A model generated the notes under the pieces. It saw only the letters and a list, made by a program, of their open reading frames with translations, did not search any database and had not been told where the DNA came from. The position numbers and the translations under genes are program-made. Below are positions 37,271 through 49,875 of a stretch of DNA of 64,000 bases, piece by piece. Every line of letters begins with the position of its first letter. Position 1 is the first letter of the stretch. The stretch is from Camelus dromedarius (lineage: Eukaryota). The stretch lies in the NCBI RefSeq assembly GCF_036321535.1, contig NC_087437.1, positions 33,482,001-33,546,000 on the forward strand, in the 5' to 3' direction.

Positions 37271-38430
37271 GTTCACCGCTTTCATGCTCAGATCCACTGT
37301 CTTCAAATACTAAGTTCCCCATTTGGGAACAGGCCATCAGGAATTCTGGTTAGCCTCATTCCAGGGGAGACTTACAGTAGAAGGTTAGAAGATGAACCTC
37401 AGCCGCTTCACAGCAGCTGGTCTCAGGGCCATGCTGATATGCGTCAGTTCTCTCCTCTACTATCCACCCTTCACCCTCAGTCAGCACTTCTGCAAGTCAA
37501 AGTGGCTTATTTTGTGAGGCAAACCAGAATGTCATCCCTGCAGGATCTGATTCCGTGGTTACCATGCCCTTCTTGGTCTGTGACCTCTACTTTTAACCTT
37601 CAAAATTGGGTATGAGAGTACCAAGGGACACCCCAGTAGACACTGGTCAGAGGGAAGCACTCCCTCTCTGTTGGCCAGGACCTGTGGACCTGATGAGCGT
37701 AGAGTTGTGAAGATGAGACATCATTTCCCCAAGTAAGTCACCGGGAGTAATGATAGTGTGGCCACTCCTACTTAACCCCCCTTGGTGCCAGATCCACGTG
37801 TTCTGTTGGTGGCAGACAGTACTTGAGAGCTGCCGTCTCCAAACTGAAACCTCAGTAAGCCTTCCAAAGGTCAGCGAGTCCAGCAGCTTATGGCTTGTGC
37901 AGTAAATGGCAGGAGCACTGGATCCCACACTTACACGCTCACTGCTATACTTCCTTTGCTCGAAAGTGGTTTCCTTGGTTCGGTGTGGTACTGTGTGTGA
38001 TTCTATATTGGTGGACCAACCATTCTGTAAGCCCTTAAACAGTAGGGCAGGCTGAGACCCTGTGGGCAGAGAAAGCAAATCTACAGCTAGAATATGTGTC
38101 ATTTCCAATCAAGATAATCACTGCCACTTTTAAATAGAAGGGGTTCAATGTAATCAGCTTACCCCTAAGTAGATGTTTGGTCTTCTCAAGGGATTGTGCC
38201 ATATGGAGGACCATTGGGCTTTTTTACTGGCAGGCGGGACATTTGTCAGCAGTGAAAGCTAGGTAAGACTTGGTGCAAGGAACCCCATGCTGTTGGGCCC
38301 GTGTGTACCCTCCATCCCTGCCTCCATGGCTATCTGTTCATATGGCCATTGGCCAGAACTGGTAGGGTCCAGTGACAGAGGCTGACTGTCATCAAGTGCT
38401 TGAGTCATTCAGTCTACTTGATAGGCAAGT
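37271..38430 (-). pseudogene. Degraded ERVL internal region with integrase remnant
   Basis: Minus strand about 38116-37860 translates ILIGNDTYSSCRFAFSAHRVSACPTV*GLTEWLVHQYRITHSTTPNQGNHFRAKEV*Q*ACKCGIQCSCHLLHKP*AAGL, matching the ERVL integrase core (IDTYSG.GFAFP...SDQGTHF..KEV.QWA...PEAAGL); multiple stops. Confidence 0.85.
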
Positions 38431-38811
38431 GGTATCAGTGTCCAGAGTCCTCAAAATGCCTCAATATTTCTCTTTCTTCATTGTATGGATACCTGAATAA
38501 ATGCTCATAGATCCCTTTTGGGAAGGACTCAGGAAATATTACCATATACAGTTATTCAATTATTCTTATTAATTAATGATTACTTTCCCAGAATTTATCA
38601 AACATATGATATATTGCATCTGCCAGTACATTCTCTTCCTCTGGTATCTCTTCCAAGTTCACCACTGGTTGAAAATTTTAACAGTTGCACTTGCTAAAAC
38701 TATTCATTCTTCCCCTACTAGTAGTGATAGAATCATCACTGCAGTGGGCAGATGACCTCTCTCCAAAATCCCATCTTGTAATCTCCTTGGTTGGGTCACT
38801 CTTGCACCAAC

Positions 38812-39247
38812 TGTCTTAGCTCATATGCCCTGGAAAACAACCGTGAGATGGAGGTTCTTGTGCAGAAAATTTTTCTGGGTATGCTTTCAGGAACAGTGTC
38901 CCTGAAGGAACCACAGCAGCAGAATTGGGGAGAAAGGAAAAGTGAAACAGTGAAAAAGCTGGAACATGAGCTTCAGCTGATCCCACCAAGAACTCTGGAG
39001 TGCTGATTTCCCATCAGAGATGTCCTAAATTGATGCAAAGGAACCAGGACTTTCCACCTCTACCTCCATGGTCATTGGATGTGGATGGCCCCCAGGGGAG
39101 GGTGTGTGCGTTTCCTGAAAGCAGTTTCTTTTGGCCAAGGGCAACGCCCAGCTGTGAGCCATCAATAGCCAACTCTCTGGGCGTCAGGGAAATGAGTGCC
39201 ATTGTCCTAAAAGTGCATCCAGGGAATGTACTGCAACATCCATCACA
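38812..39247 (-). mobile_element. ERVL LTR (LTR16-like)
   Basis: tgtcttag...tgagatggaggttcttgtgcag...cttcagctgatcccacc...caacatccatcaca; same orientation and layout as 36843-37270. Confidence 0.75.
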
Positions 39248-39529
39248 CCTGGTATAGACCAGCTCAAGTCTTCTCATCAGGCCTGACACACAAAAACTGT
39301 CACAATCCCTCCCCCTCAACAATGCAAGTGAGCACCAGTCTCGTAACTCAGTGGTGTATCAGATCATCTCTCGAAAGGAAAAGAAACAACCTTTATTTTT
39401 GCTGATGGGTCCTAAGCATCAGAAAGACTAGATACCAGCTACTATCTCAGTAAACCACCCTATTGCTTGTAAAGTACAGAGTATATAGTAAAGTGCCTAG
39501 TAGAGGATAAACACTCAATAATGGCAATA

Positions 39530-39760
39530 AGGATAATAATAGCAAATTGTTATTAAGTGCCACTCTGTGCCAGGCACTTTTCTAAGTTCTTTTCACGTAT
39601 TAATGCATTTACCCCACAAATAACCCTCTAGGATAGACAGTGATGTTATCCTAAAGCATAGAAAGGTAAGTAACTTTCTCAGATTCACACAGTTAACTGG
39701 CAGAGCTGTGATTTGAACCCAGGCCTAATTTCAGAGCCCATGCGCAAAATCAGTACGTTA
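39530..39760 (-). mobile_element. MIR SINE
   Basis: tattaagtgccactctgtgccaggcact...taagtaactttctcagattcacacag...ggcagagctgtgatttgaacccagg. Confidence 0.85.
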
Positions 39761-39916
39761 TTTTACTCTAATTGCTAGTAAATGGTAGCTATTATTCTTC
39801 TAACAAGCCCTTGACATACAGTAATGTTGTAAGAAAGGACTTTATTGGAATTTACATTTAGAGCTACATTTTGATGGATGGAGCCCATTTTAAAATGAGA
39901 AATTCTTTCCTTGGGA

Positions 39917-40094
39917 ATGTGGTTCCCAAAACTGTCTTCATATTAGGATCACCTGGGTGACTTTTAAATCTCTTAACACTCAGGCCACGTGCCAAAACAG
40001 TTCAACCAGCATCTCTGGGGGGTCAGACCAGACATTAGTATTTTTGGAAGCTCTCCAGGTGATTATAATATGCAGCCACATTTGAGAACTGCTG
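39917..40094. mobile_element. MER5A1/B-like MITE
   Basis: gtggttcccaaa...atcacctggg...ctccaggtgattataatatgcagccacatttgagaactgctg. Confidence 0.85.
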
Positions 40095-42399
40095 CCCTAG
40101 GGCCCCATCTGCCTCTCTGCCCCCCCAGCAGAGCTCTACACTTGGCTTTCTTCCCTCTCCAGTGTCTTCCCAAGGGAACACATTCATTGTCCATGCCTGA
40201 GATGGCTCATGTCTCATTCTGAGATCCCATACTCACTCCTGCACTACACTTATGAAGCAGGCACAATGATTAATTCCCATTTTTCAGAGGAAATTAAGGC
40301 TCTGAGAAGTTAAGCAGCTTACTTACTCAGTATCACATAGCTAGGATCCAAACCCAGCCATTCTGGTTCTAGAGTCGGTGTGATTGGCTATTATCTTATG
40401 CCACTACTTACTGGACGTCACCATCCATTGCTTGATTCTTATGCTCCAGACTAAACCTTTTAACTTCCCCCACCTCCAACCTTCTCCCATGCCCCAGCCT
40501 CTGAAAAAGAAAACAAATATTGCCCATTCTCCTGCATTTGTTGTCTTCATGAAAGGTACCCCCAAATCAGACTCAACTTTGATGCCTCCTTTTCCTTTGG
40601 CACTCATGTACAAGTGGCCTATGAGAATGTTAGGCAGAAATGAGAAGGTGAGAATTAGAGCCTGACAAGTGGGGAGCATGGGATGTGGAAAGTTCAGTCA
40701 GATCCAAGGAGTTGGTGAAGGATAGGTAAGTATTACAGTCCAATCAACTGTTAGCTCCTGTTGATTCTGCCTCCTCAAAATCTCCTGCATCTGGCATTTC
40801 TCCATTGCTGCTACCATTGCCCTAGTTCAAACCACCATTCCCTCTCTTCTAAATGAATGCCCTGGTTATCTAACTGTTCTTTCCCACCTTCAGTCTACCT
40901 TAGACCCAGGTAAAGTGGGCTGAAACACAGCTCTGATCATGGCATCTGAGCCCACCTGGGATCAGCTAGTGAGAAGTACATTCTCAAATGTGAGAATGAT
41001 TTTCGTAGGCTATTAGAAAACTTAGAAAATCATGTGACTTGCTTGATCCAACAGATTTTCTCGTTAAGGGATAGGAACTATGCAAGTGACAATCTTGGTT
41101 GTACCTTACAGACCATAGGATCCAGAGCATGGGGCACAAGCTCAGTTGCCTACGTGGGCCAGGCAGGGAATGCTGGTAAGTATGGAGCTGAGGGAGGCAG
41201 GGAGCTGAGGCAAACCCGCATTGTTTCGCCTGTGCAAAAAGCACAGCTACTGTCAACTGAGCACGTCATTACCTGGTGGTACCCCGGGCCTGGTGTGGCC
41301 AGTACTTCCCGTTTTTCTCCAGAAGCCAGAACGTGCAATATAATATTGTATCTTTTAAATGCTGGAAACCAAATAAAAAATTTTGACTAGCATAGTACTT
41401 ACAGACAAATCATGCCCCTGGGCTGGTGTGTCCTGTGGCCCCCAGCTTGTAACCAGTGGTCCAGGGAAGGCTGCTTTCTCCTTTGTGTACTCTGACTCTC
41501 TGGTTGAATTGTAAACACCCTAAGGCCTTGAATTGTAAAAGTAGGTCCTGTAAATCCTAATGAAAAGTGCTCTCCAGCAATCTCCAAAATGAGCTTTATC
41601 CTATTAAACGAAGAATGTGTGGCAGAAATGGAGACATTTCCTCAATGGTTATAGGGTAACTAGATGGACTGTGAAATTTTAATCAAGTAGAAAAACATGT
41701 ATACTTCACTGCACCAGCGTTTCCTCACAGAGGCAAGTTTCTATGATTCTAAACAACTGGAATGGGGAAAGGAGAAAATCATGGAATCTAACATTACTGA
41801 GCATCTAGTATATACAAAGCATGCTGCTGGGTATAATAAATACAGTATTAACTCTTCTGATAGCCTAGCGATGTAGCTGGGTGAGCACTCACTTCCCCTG
41901 GGCATGTTCTCCATGAGAGTAATAGGTTGACCTGATGATGTTAAAGGAATGATGAAAAGCTGTTAGCTTTACCGTTGAGATGTTGGTGGTTAGACTATGA
42001 GACATATGGAAAAGGTAATCTTGAGTAAAGTTTTCTTTTTCTCTTGAAAAAAAAAAAAGAGAGAGTTCAAAGACATGAAGTAACTAATCAAAGATGAAAT
42101 AGCTAGTGAAGAGAGAAATCTAGGAGTTAAATACAACTCTAATGCGAAAATCTGTGTCCTTTCCACTGCACTCCACTCCACCGTTTTTCTACTTTTAACG
42201 AAAGGACTTTGAAAGTTGGGTGATACTACAGTGATCTGAATAATATTAAAAATGGAAAATTATGGAATCTCAGAGGCATAGCTCCCAGGAATTTTTGACT
42301 ACCTTCTAAAACAGAGTAGAGCAAATGGATCAGTCACCCCGGAATGCTCGCTTTGGTGAGATTAAACCAACCACAGTGTATACTTTATAGAAACAGATG

Positions 42400-43060
42400 T
42401 AGACTACACTCTCTGGCCTCCCTTGCAGGTTGGCCAATGATTTTGACCTGTGGAACCTGAGCTGAAGAAAAGTGTACCACTTCTGGGCTCAAAAACTTAA
42501 AGATGTGTCAGTGGTCCTCACTTGTTCTTTTCCCCTTCAAGTGAGCTAGTTGTAAATGGTGGCAACTAGGACCTGGGAACTGAAGGCAGAGCACAAAGAA
42601 CCCCGGGCCCTGAATTACCTCGTGAATTACCTCACCAACCAGGAACACTCACATTGGCCTGTATAAGAAATAAACTTCAGTTGAGCAGGCGACCCTTTGA
42701 GATCAATTTGTTACAACAACTGATACTACCCTAACGTAGAAATTGGTACCATGAAGTGAGTATTGCCATAAGGAGACCTAAAATATATGGTTCTAAATTT
42801 GCAATTAGGGAGTAAGGAAATAGATATTACAGGCTGGAAAGGTGGAAACTCGGTGGCAGGATATTTGGTAATGGTTTTTCTTGCTACATTAGACAAGATA
42901 TTCAAGCAAAAATTGGCTGGTTTGAGACTAAAAAAGGAAGATGATATAGAGAATCCAGAAATTTAGAGCTTCACTGGTCTTGAAAAGCCAACTGCTTCTG
43001 AATTTAAACAATAAAAGGTAGGCTGAAAAAAGCATTGAGAAATAAAAGCTCACACAATTT
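42400..43060 (+). mobile_element. MaLR LTR plus start of MLT internal region
   Basis: agaaataaacttc...tttgttacaaca...LTR end followed by agaaattggtacca.gaagtg..attgccata..gacctaaaatat. Confidence 0.6.
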
Positions 43061-43270
43061 TTGCTTTTGTTAATCAAAGGGAATCCCAACTTGTGAGTTT
43101 CCCTTCTTCTGGATGTCTGCCTCCATTTCCTGGCACAGGATTAGATCCTTTAATAAATTTTCATTTAGAATAGTCCAAGAAATGTGGAATTCCCACCGTT
43201 ATTTCTGGATTTAGATGTCCAAAGTACTTCCCATTGTTACGACAGATTTAACTCTTGTGTATTGAAACAG

Positions 43271-43760
43271 TGTGGTAGGTAGAATAATGGCCCTCAAGGT
43301 TTCCACATCCTAATCTCTGGAACCTGTGACTAGGTCACCTTACATGGCAAAAGGGACCTTGCACGTAAGATTAAGTTAAGGACCTTGAGATCAGGAGATT
43401 ATCTAGGTGGGCCTTAACTATAACAACAAAAATGCTTAAAAGAGGCATAGAAGTTGTGATGACCAAAGCAGAGAGTCAGAGTCAGAGAAAGATTTGAAAA
43501 GATGGCACACTGTTGGCTTTGATGTTGGAGGAAGGGGCCATGAACCAAGGAATGGAGGCAGCCTCTACAAGCTGGAAAAGGCAAGGAAACCGATTCTCTC
43601 CTTGTGCTTCCAGGAGGAGCATAGCTCTGCAGCACCTCGACTTTAGCCTAGGGAGACCCATTTCACACTTGTGATCTCCAGAGCTGCAAAATAGTACCTT
43701 TGTGCTGGTGTAAGCCGCTGTATTTGTGACAGTTTGTTACAGCAGCAACAGGAGCAGACA
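43271..43760 (+). mobile_element. MLT1D-like MaLR solo LTR
   Basis: tgtggtaggtagaataatggccc...cctaatctctggaacctgtga...gttaaggaccttgagat...gctggaaaaggcaaggaaac...tttgttacagcagcaacagga. Confidence 0.9.
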
Positions 43761-44042
43761 GTTTAGTTGAAGATCGTGGATGTGGCAAGAAGAGAGCTCT
43801 CCTCTGTCTTGGTTAAACGGGCTCTGAGGGCATAACTCTGACCAGTCAGTGTGAGCTGAGGAAGGGACCAGGGCCCTCAGGAGGGGGCTAGTGCTTCAGA
43901 CAGTCATGGCAGAGCAGCCCTGGACCCGTGATGCTGGGTCACTGTGGTCCACAGTTAGAGCATGAATCTCTCTCAGGCAGAGACTGAGAACCTCAGAGTA
44001 GTCCAATCACAGCTGAGAGGGAAAGACACCAGAACCCAGGAG

Positions 44043-44335
44043 GGCAGCACAGAGTAGTGGCTAAGAACAAACGTCCTTCAGATTTTCCGGGTTCAAGCTG
44101 CTTCCCAGTGACTTTGAGGATACTAAGCCTCTCCATGCCTCAGTTTTCATCTGAAAAAGGAGAATAACTGTAATATCTGCATAAAACTGTTGTGAAGTAA
44201 ATCGCTCACATGTAAACTATTATATAATAACTTATTAACTATGACTATTATTATCAACTGTAAACTATTGTGTAAGCATTAGAACACTGCCTGACACATA
44301 GTAAGTGCTCAGTGGATGTAAGCCGGTACTATTTC
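44043..44335 (+). mobile_element. MIR SINE
   Basis: gcctcagttttcatctgaaaa...gcattagaacactgcctgacacatagtaagtgctca. Confidence 0.85.
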
Positions 44336-47254
44336 TTGCTCCCTAGAGGGTGAATGAATAGCACTGAGACTCATAGGTGGTTATTGGCATAGCCAGGGCC
44401 AGTATCCAGATATCTTGTCTCCTGGTTCATGAATTTTTCTACCAGTAGACAGGGTGACCTCCTGAAATACCTGGGAGAGGAGAAGCAGTTAACTGCCTAG
44501 TGGTATGCTGGGGCTATGGCGTCAGGGAGGAGGTGGGGTGACCTGGGTTAACCTGCTCCCTTGGTTTCCTCATGAGTTAGTCAGGGTTCTTCGGTTGCAA
44601 CCACGGAAGCTGCTTGGGCTGATTTAAGTGAAAGGGAGCTGATGGGCAGGATTGGTAATGGTGGGGCTTTCAGAACTGATGGGAAGAGGGAACCTCAGCT
44701 GTGGTCCTTCAGCAGGAAGGGCCGGGGTGGGGTTGTGATCCCTAAGTGAATCTGATGCTTTTGTCCTGTTCCCTTGCTGAAGATTCAGAGTCCTGGAAGA
44801 GAACACCGGATTAATTGCACTCTATCCACATGCCCTTTCCTTGGCTCTGCTGGGCAGAGAGGAAAAGGATCTGGCTTCTGGCCTTCCCATCACATCAAGG
44901 CTGTGTTCAAGACTCCACCACATTTTTTTTTTACTGACTTTTCAAAAGCCTTACAGATAGATGAAGGAAGAAAGGGGAGCCTGTCTAGGCTGAATTGAGT
45001 GAAATGGCAATGTGCCTGTGAGGGAGGTGGTTAAAGAAGGACGGGGGAGGAGTTCTGTGCTCTGATGAGGATCTGCCTTGGTTTAATGACAGTTGTAGAA
45101 TCTGAGTGCAGAAAGAAAGATACGTGTAAGAAAGAGGTGAAGAAGGCAATGAATTAAAAGCTAAGAAAAGTGTATCAGTGATCACAGGGAGGCCTTGAAA
45201 CTGACCTATGGGGTATGAAATGAGAGAAATAGGGAACATATGTTTTTGCCAGAAGAAAAGGCAGTAATATAGAAACTGAAGAATAATAAGCTGATTACAC
45301 TCAATACTTGTACACTTGGGCTTATTGTATATATATACATATAGAAGTTAATATTAATTATAACCTGATTTAATAATTTTACATCCAACAGATGTAAAAA
45401 TCACTCCAGGATTCCTTTGAAAAGTGAAGATTTGGATTTTCTGTAATAGTATGATTTAGAAAAATCCAACCAAAGGTATTTTGTGTACAGTTAAACATTC
45501 TGGTGGGTAAAAATAAGATTTGGAAAAAAGTTATTAAAGTATGATTCTATGATATACTTAATGCTGGTGCACTTATGTAAGAATGCCCAGGTGATTCTTT
45601 ATGGAGGTCAGTGTGTGCATGTGTGTGAAAAAACATTGCTTCAAATTGTATTCAAAACAAGTTGAACAGAGGACCAAATCTGCTGAGAGTTGAAAGTATA
45701 AAATGCCAGTATTAAGAACAAAACTACTGACAGTCGTTTTTAATCTAATTTTTTCACTCTTCTCCATGAGTGAGTGAGTCATTTATGGGCTAGGTTGGAA
45801 AGCAGAACCACTATGATCCCTGCCCTCATGGGGCTCACAGTTTGACTCACTTGGCAAGTCTATTTTCCAGTGCATAGAATGTGAGAGCATGAAATACACC
45901 ACACCAGAAGCTGGGAGACGGGTTCTTCCCCAGTCCTGTGTAATTAGTGTGTGACCTTGGGCAAGTCAGTTCACTTCCAAGATCCCACTGACTTATAGGT
46001 TACTCAAAAATGTGTGTAAACATGTAAGTTCATGTTCACATTTTCCAAAGGAGAATGTCCATAGCTTCACTAGCCTCTTGAAGATCCATTTGCAACTTGA
46101 AAGACTGTTTAAAGTTCTAGTGGTTAAAAGTTATTCTCATCTATAGACTCTGGTTTTCCTTTTGGAATGTTCCAAAACAAGAATACTTGCCAGTCTGAGA
46201 GCTAGAAGGGTAGGTGAAATGATTTGATGGGTCAACATCATTTTCTGAACATGAAAACTAAGGGCCAGATGGTTTATGAAAGCAGAAGTGAGTCAAAATA
46301 TGAAGACGTGATTTAACAGCAGTTGCTGTTTCCTTAGGGAGTTTCCGTCCTCTTGTCTCTGTTTCCCAGGTGCCTCTTGGGGATCCCCTCACAACCTCAG
46401 TGACAGGGTCCAACGTGCTTCTCTCTTGAAGCAGATAAGGATAAAATGGTGGCCACCCCTTAATGGTTCCTCTGGATGCTCCTGGCCCCCAACTACCAAA
46501 GCAGAGGGAGGATCTGTGATGGCGAACCAAGCAAATTGTAAATGCCCAATCACCACGCTTGTTCTGGGGCCGTGTGAGCGGCAGTGGAGCATAATTGTGC
46601 AGATTGCTGTGTGTGCCGTTTGGAAGAGGGGGAAGCCGCCTCAGTCAGCTTTCTTTTTAGCTCGATGATTACAGCTGAGCCCACAGACAAGTAACACAGA
46701 TTCTTTTTGATAAGGTACAATGGGTTTTTAGTTGACTCTTAAATTTCTAACTGCTTTTTGACCCATATGTGATAGCTCTTCGAGAATCTAGCATTCTAGG
46801 AGGTGTGTCATTAACTCAGTCCCTTTCTGCTGGTTGTTTATTCTTACTCAGAAATTAAATAACTTCTGATAGTGTATGAAGGCTTTTCCTCCTTTGTTCA
46901 AGATGCAAACTTCCAACATCACCGAGCAAGTTAAAGAGGAGATTCTTCTCCCGTTTTATCTGGTTGTCTAATATAGGATTGTGTACTGAAGGGACTCAGG
47001 GCACTGGTTTGAGCAGGTCAATGACAGTGATGGAGGATGTGGTCTGGGTAGTGACTCTGCCCACTATAGTGACAAGGCACCTGCAGTTCTGTAAAGTAAG
47101 TCCACTTGTCAATTTCACAGTGGTGATGAGAGCTGGACATTCTGGGTCTTGGGTTTTCTGGTTTAGTATGTGCTCCTTTTGTCACAGCATGGCCCCAAAT
47201 ATCACTCAACCCTACTCATTTGCCCAGCAGTCTACCCCACCACGACCCCCTCCC

Positions 47255-47760
47255 TCCTAAGAGGTCTGACTCACAGCTCTGCGTCTGAAGTCTGCAGAGG
47301 ACATAGCTGGATGGCTCCTCTCTGCCCCTCCATGACTGTGGCCTCAGCGGGGGTGGCTCAAAGGACGGTAGCTGGCGAGCATGGATCCCTGGGGCCCTCT
47401 CAGTTCTGGCTCTTCCTTGTGTCTCTAGATCACATTTGCTGTGGCTGGAAGTTCAAGAAGGCTTCTTCACTCTCAGGGCTGGCACCTTGCTCAGATGGCT
47501 GGAACAGTTGAGGCTGGCCGGCCATCTTTCCTGGTGGCTAGCTTGAGCTTCTTATGGGGTGGCTGGCTTCCCACCGAGCTAGAGCTCCAAGAGACAGGAA
47601 GTGGAAGCCGTGTGTCCCATCCAGAAAATGGCTCAGTGTCATTTCTGCCATACTGGCTAAAGGGCTCATAGAGCCTGCCCAGATTCAAGGGGACGGAACA
47701 ACCCATGTTTCAGTGGGAAGAATGTCAGAAAATATGTGGCCATCTTCAGTCTGCTGTCAT
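47255..47760 (-). mobile_element. MaLR LTR (MLT1F/G/H-like)
   Basis: gctggatggctcctctctgcccctccatg...ggctggaagttcaagaaggcttc...catttctgccata...gcccagattcaagggga. Confidence 0.75.
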
Positions 47761-48204
47761 GATACATGAGCCTCTGTGTGCATAACAGGCTGGGTCCTCA
47801 GGGATTTGAGGGGACAGGATCTGTGTGTGTGTGTGTGGAGAGGAAGGGATTCCTGTTGGGCAGACTCCAGAGAGGGGCGACCAGTATGGGTGTGTGCTGG
47901 AGGTTGGAGAATCTCATGGAACAGGGAGGTTTCTGAATGGGCCTGAATAAATTCTGTGCCTCTGCGTTTGCGACATTACTGATTGCACCTGTCACCTCTG
48001 GTGTCATTGGGTGGTAAACTGATGCTCTGAAGGGTGCCAGGCCAGGCAGGTCCTTCTGTGGATCTCAGACTGAGAATTGCCAAGTGGCAGGTCTTCCTTA
48101 GCTTCCACTCTGGGCTGACTACCCTGGCCTCACACGTTTGTTTCCAGGTTGGCAGGTAGCAAACACTTCTGCACAATGTGGAGGAGTTTGGCCAACTGTA
48201 AACT

Positions 48205-48807
48205 TAGAGGAAATAGTCTTCAAGTCTGCCCTCACTTCTGACACCAACTACAAGTTCAGGGGGCTCCCCAAACCACTCCCAATTTTGCTAGAAGGACTCA
48301 CAGAACTCACTGAAAGCTGTTATATTCATGGGTTATGGTTTATCACAAGGAAAACATACGATTAAAATCAGCCAAGGGAAGGAGTACATAGGGCAGAGAC
48401 AGGGAAGTGCCAAAGGCACAGCTTCCACTGTTTGTCCCTGGTGGAGTCATGCCATGTTACTTTCCTGGCACCAGTGCATGACAGTACGCACAGAGTACTG
48501 CCAACCAGGAAAGCGCATCCAGGTCGCGGTGCTGAGAGTTTTCATTCAGGCTCCATTACATTGGCATGATTGACTAATTTCCCATGGGGTTGATCTCAGT
48601 TTCCAGGTCAACTAATACTGTGTGGCTCAAATCCTCCCACCCTAAATCACATCGATGGTCTTTTCAGAGTGGCCCGCCCCTGCTCTTATTCATATTGTTA
48701 ATAATTTGGCTAGCTCAAGGACTACAGCTGAGCAAAGATTATCTCACAGGAACTGTAGACAACGGCCAAACCCCTTTTTTCAGTAAAGTTAAATTCTTTA
48801 CTATACA
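48205..48807 (-). mobile_element. MER21-like LTR
   Basis: ctgccctcacttctgacaccaactacaagttcaggg...gctagaaggactcacagaactcactgaaagctgttata...gtaaagttaaattctttactataca. Confidence 0.85.
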
Positions 48808-49444
48808 ATCTCATATAGAGAAGGCAGACAGAGGCGTGGATGGGTTTCCCTCACGTGAATACTCTGAGTGGAATCCAAGAATTAGGATGACAGTGCTTCT
48901 TTGCAGTATATGAATTCTGGCAACTTTAATGTTTCTACTTCCAAATTGTAAAATGTTTCAGGTTTTCTTTTTTTCTCCCCCCCAGTGTTCTCTATAGCCC
49001 TGCCCCCACCCCAAACCCTAGGCACCACCTTTCTTTTGTTAGAAGCATTAAGAAAATAAATGGGTGGGCAATGCCTCAGCTTCTCTCTGTTTCAAGTTTT
49101 CCTTGTTTCCTTTATCTTCTCTGTTCCCTCCTTCCCAACTGGAGGTGGGAGTGTTAGCCTGGGCCTGTCCCTCCACGCTGGAAATTCCACCCCTGACCCA
49201 CTCGTCCGGATTCTTGATCCTCAGTCATTCCCGTTTTCAGTTCCAGTTTCTCATGCTCACACCCACCACCTCCCCTTCTAGCCACCATTTTCTGTGTTTT
49301 GGTAACCTTCCAGTTTTAAACTAAGACATTTCTTTTTTTCTAAATCTTTCCACTGATAGCATCACAATGACTGCAGTGGGCGTTTACGTAGTGCTGTGTG
49401 GTTTACCAAGCACTACTGCATACCATGATAGGTCCCTCGTTTCT

Positions 49445-49875
49445 ATGTACCTAGTAGTTGTTTCCCTTTCTTTAGGTAACAACAGCCCAGTTTTGTAAAA
49501 TAATATTTTCCGTATTTGGGTCTTGCTGGGACTGGCAGTGAGGATGCCTACTCTGTTCTTGCCAACGGGTTATTGTGTGACCCTGGCCAGTCAGTTAGGT
49601 GCTCCCTCCCTGAAACAGGAATCTTAGCTGAGTAATACAAGATTGAAAGTGAATAGCGTGCATTCATCCCTGTGAATGATGGAACATGTAGACCATTGGA
49701 TTCTGCTACCTGCATCCCCTAACTCTGCCTTGGTCCATGCCCTTTCCCAAAACCTAATTCTTCAAGCTTTTCTCTTAATTCTATGAGCTACTCTGTATCT
49801 TTTTGATAAACTCTTCCTTTCCCCCAAAATTAGCCTGTCAGTTTCTGCTGCTAGCAACCAAAGAACCCCAATGGA
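49445..49875 (+). mobile_element. MaLR/ERVL LTR relic
   Basis: ataaactcttcc...tcagtttctgctgctagcaaccaaagaacc LTR end. Confidence 0.55.

Noticed and set aside
6592..42635. Short adjacent duplications (aacaattatgt x2 at about 6592, gtctttggaa x2 at about 17722, atttacctacaa x2 at about 27945, tgaattacctc x2 at about 42611)
   Set aside because: Ordinary slippage-type tandem duplications
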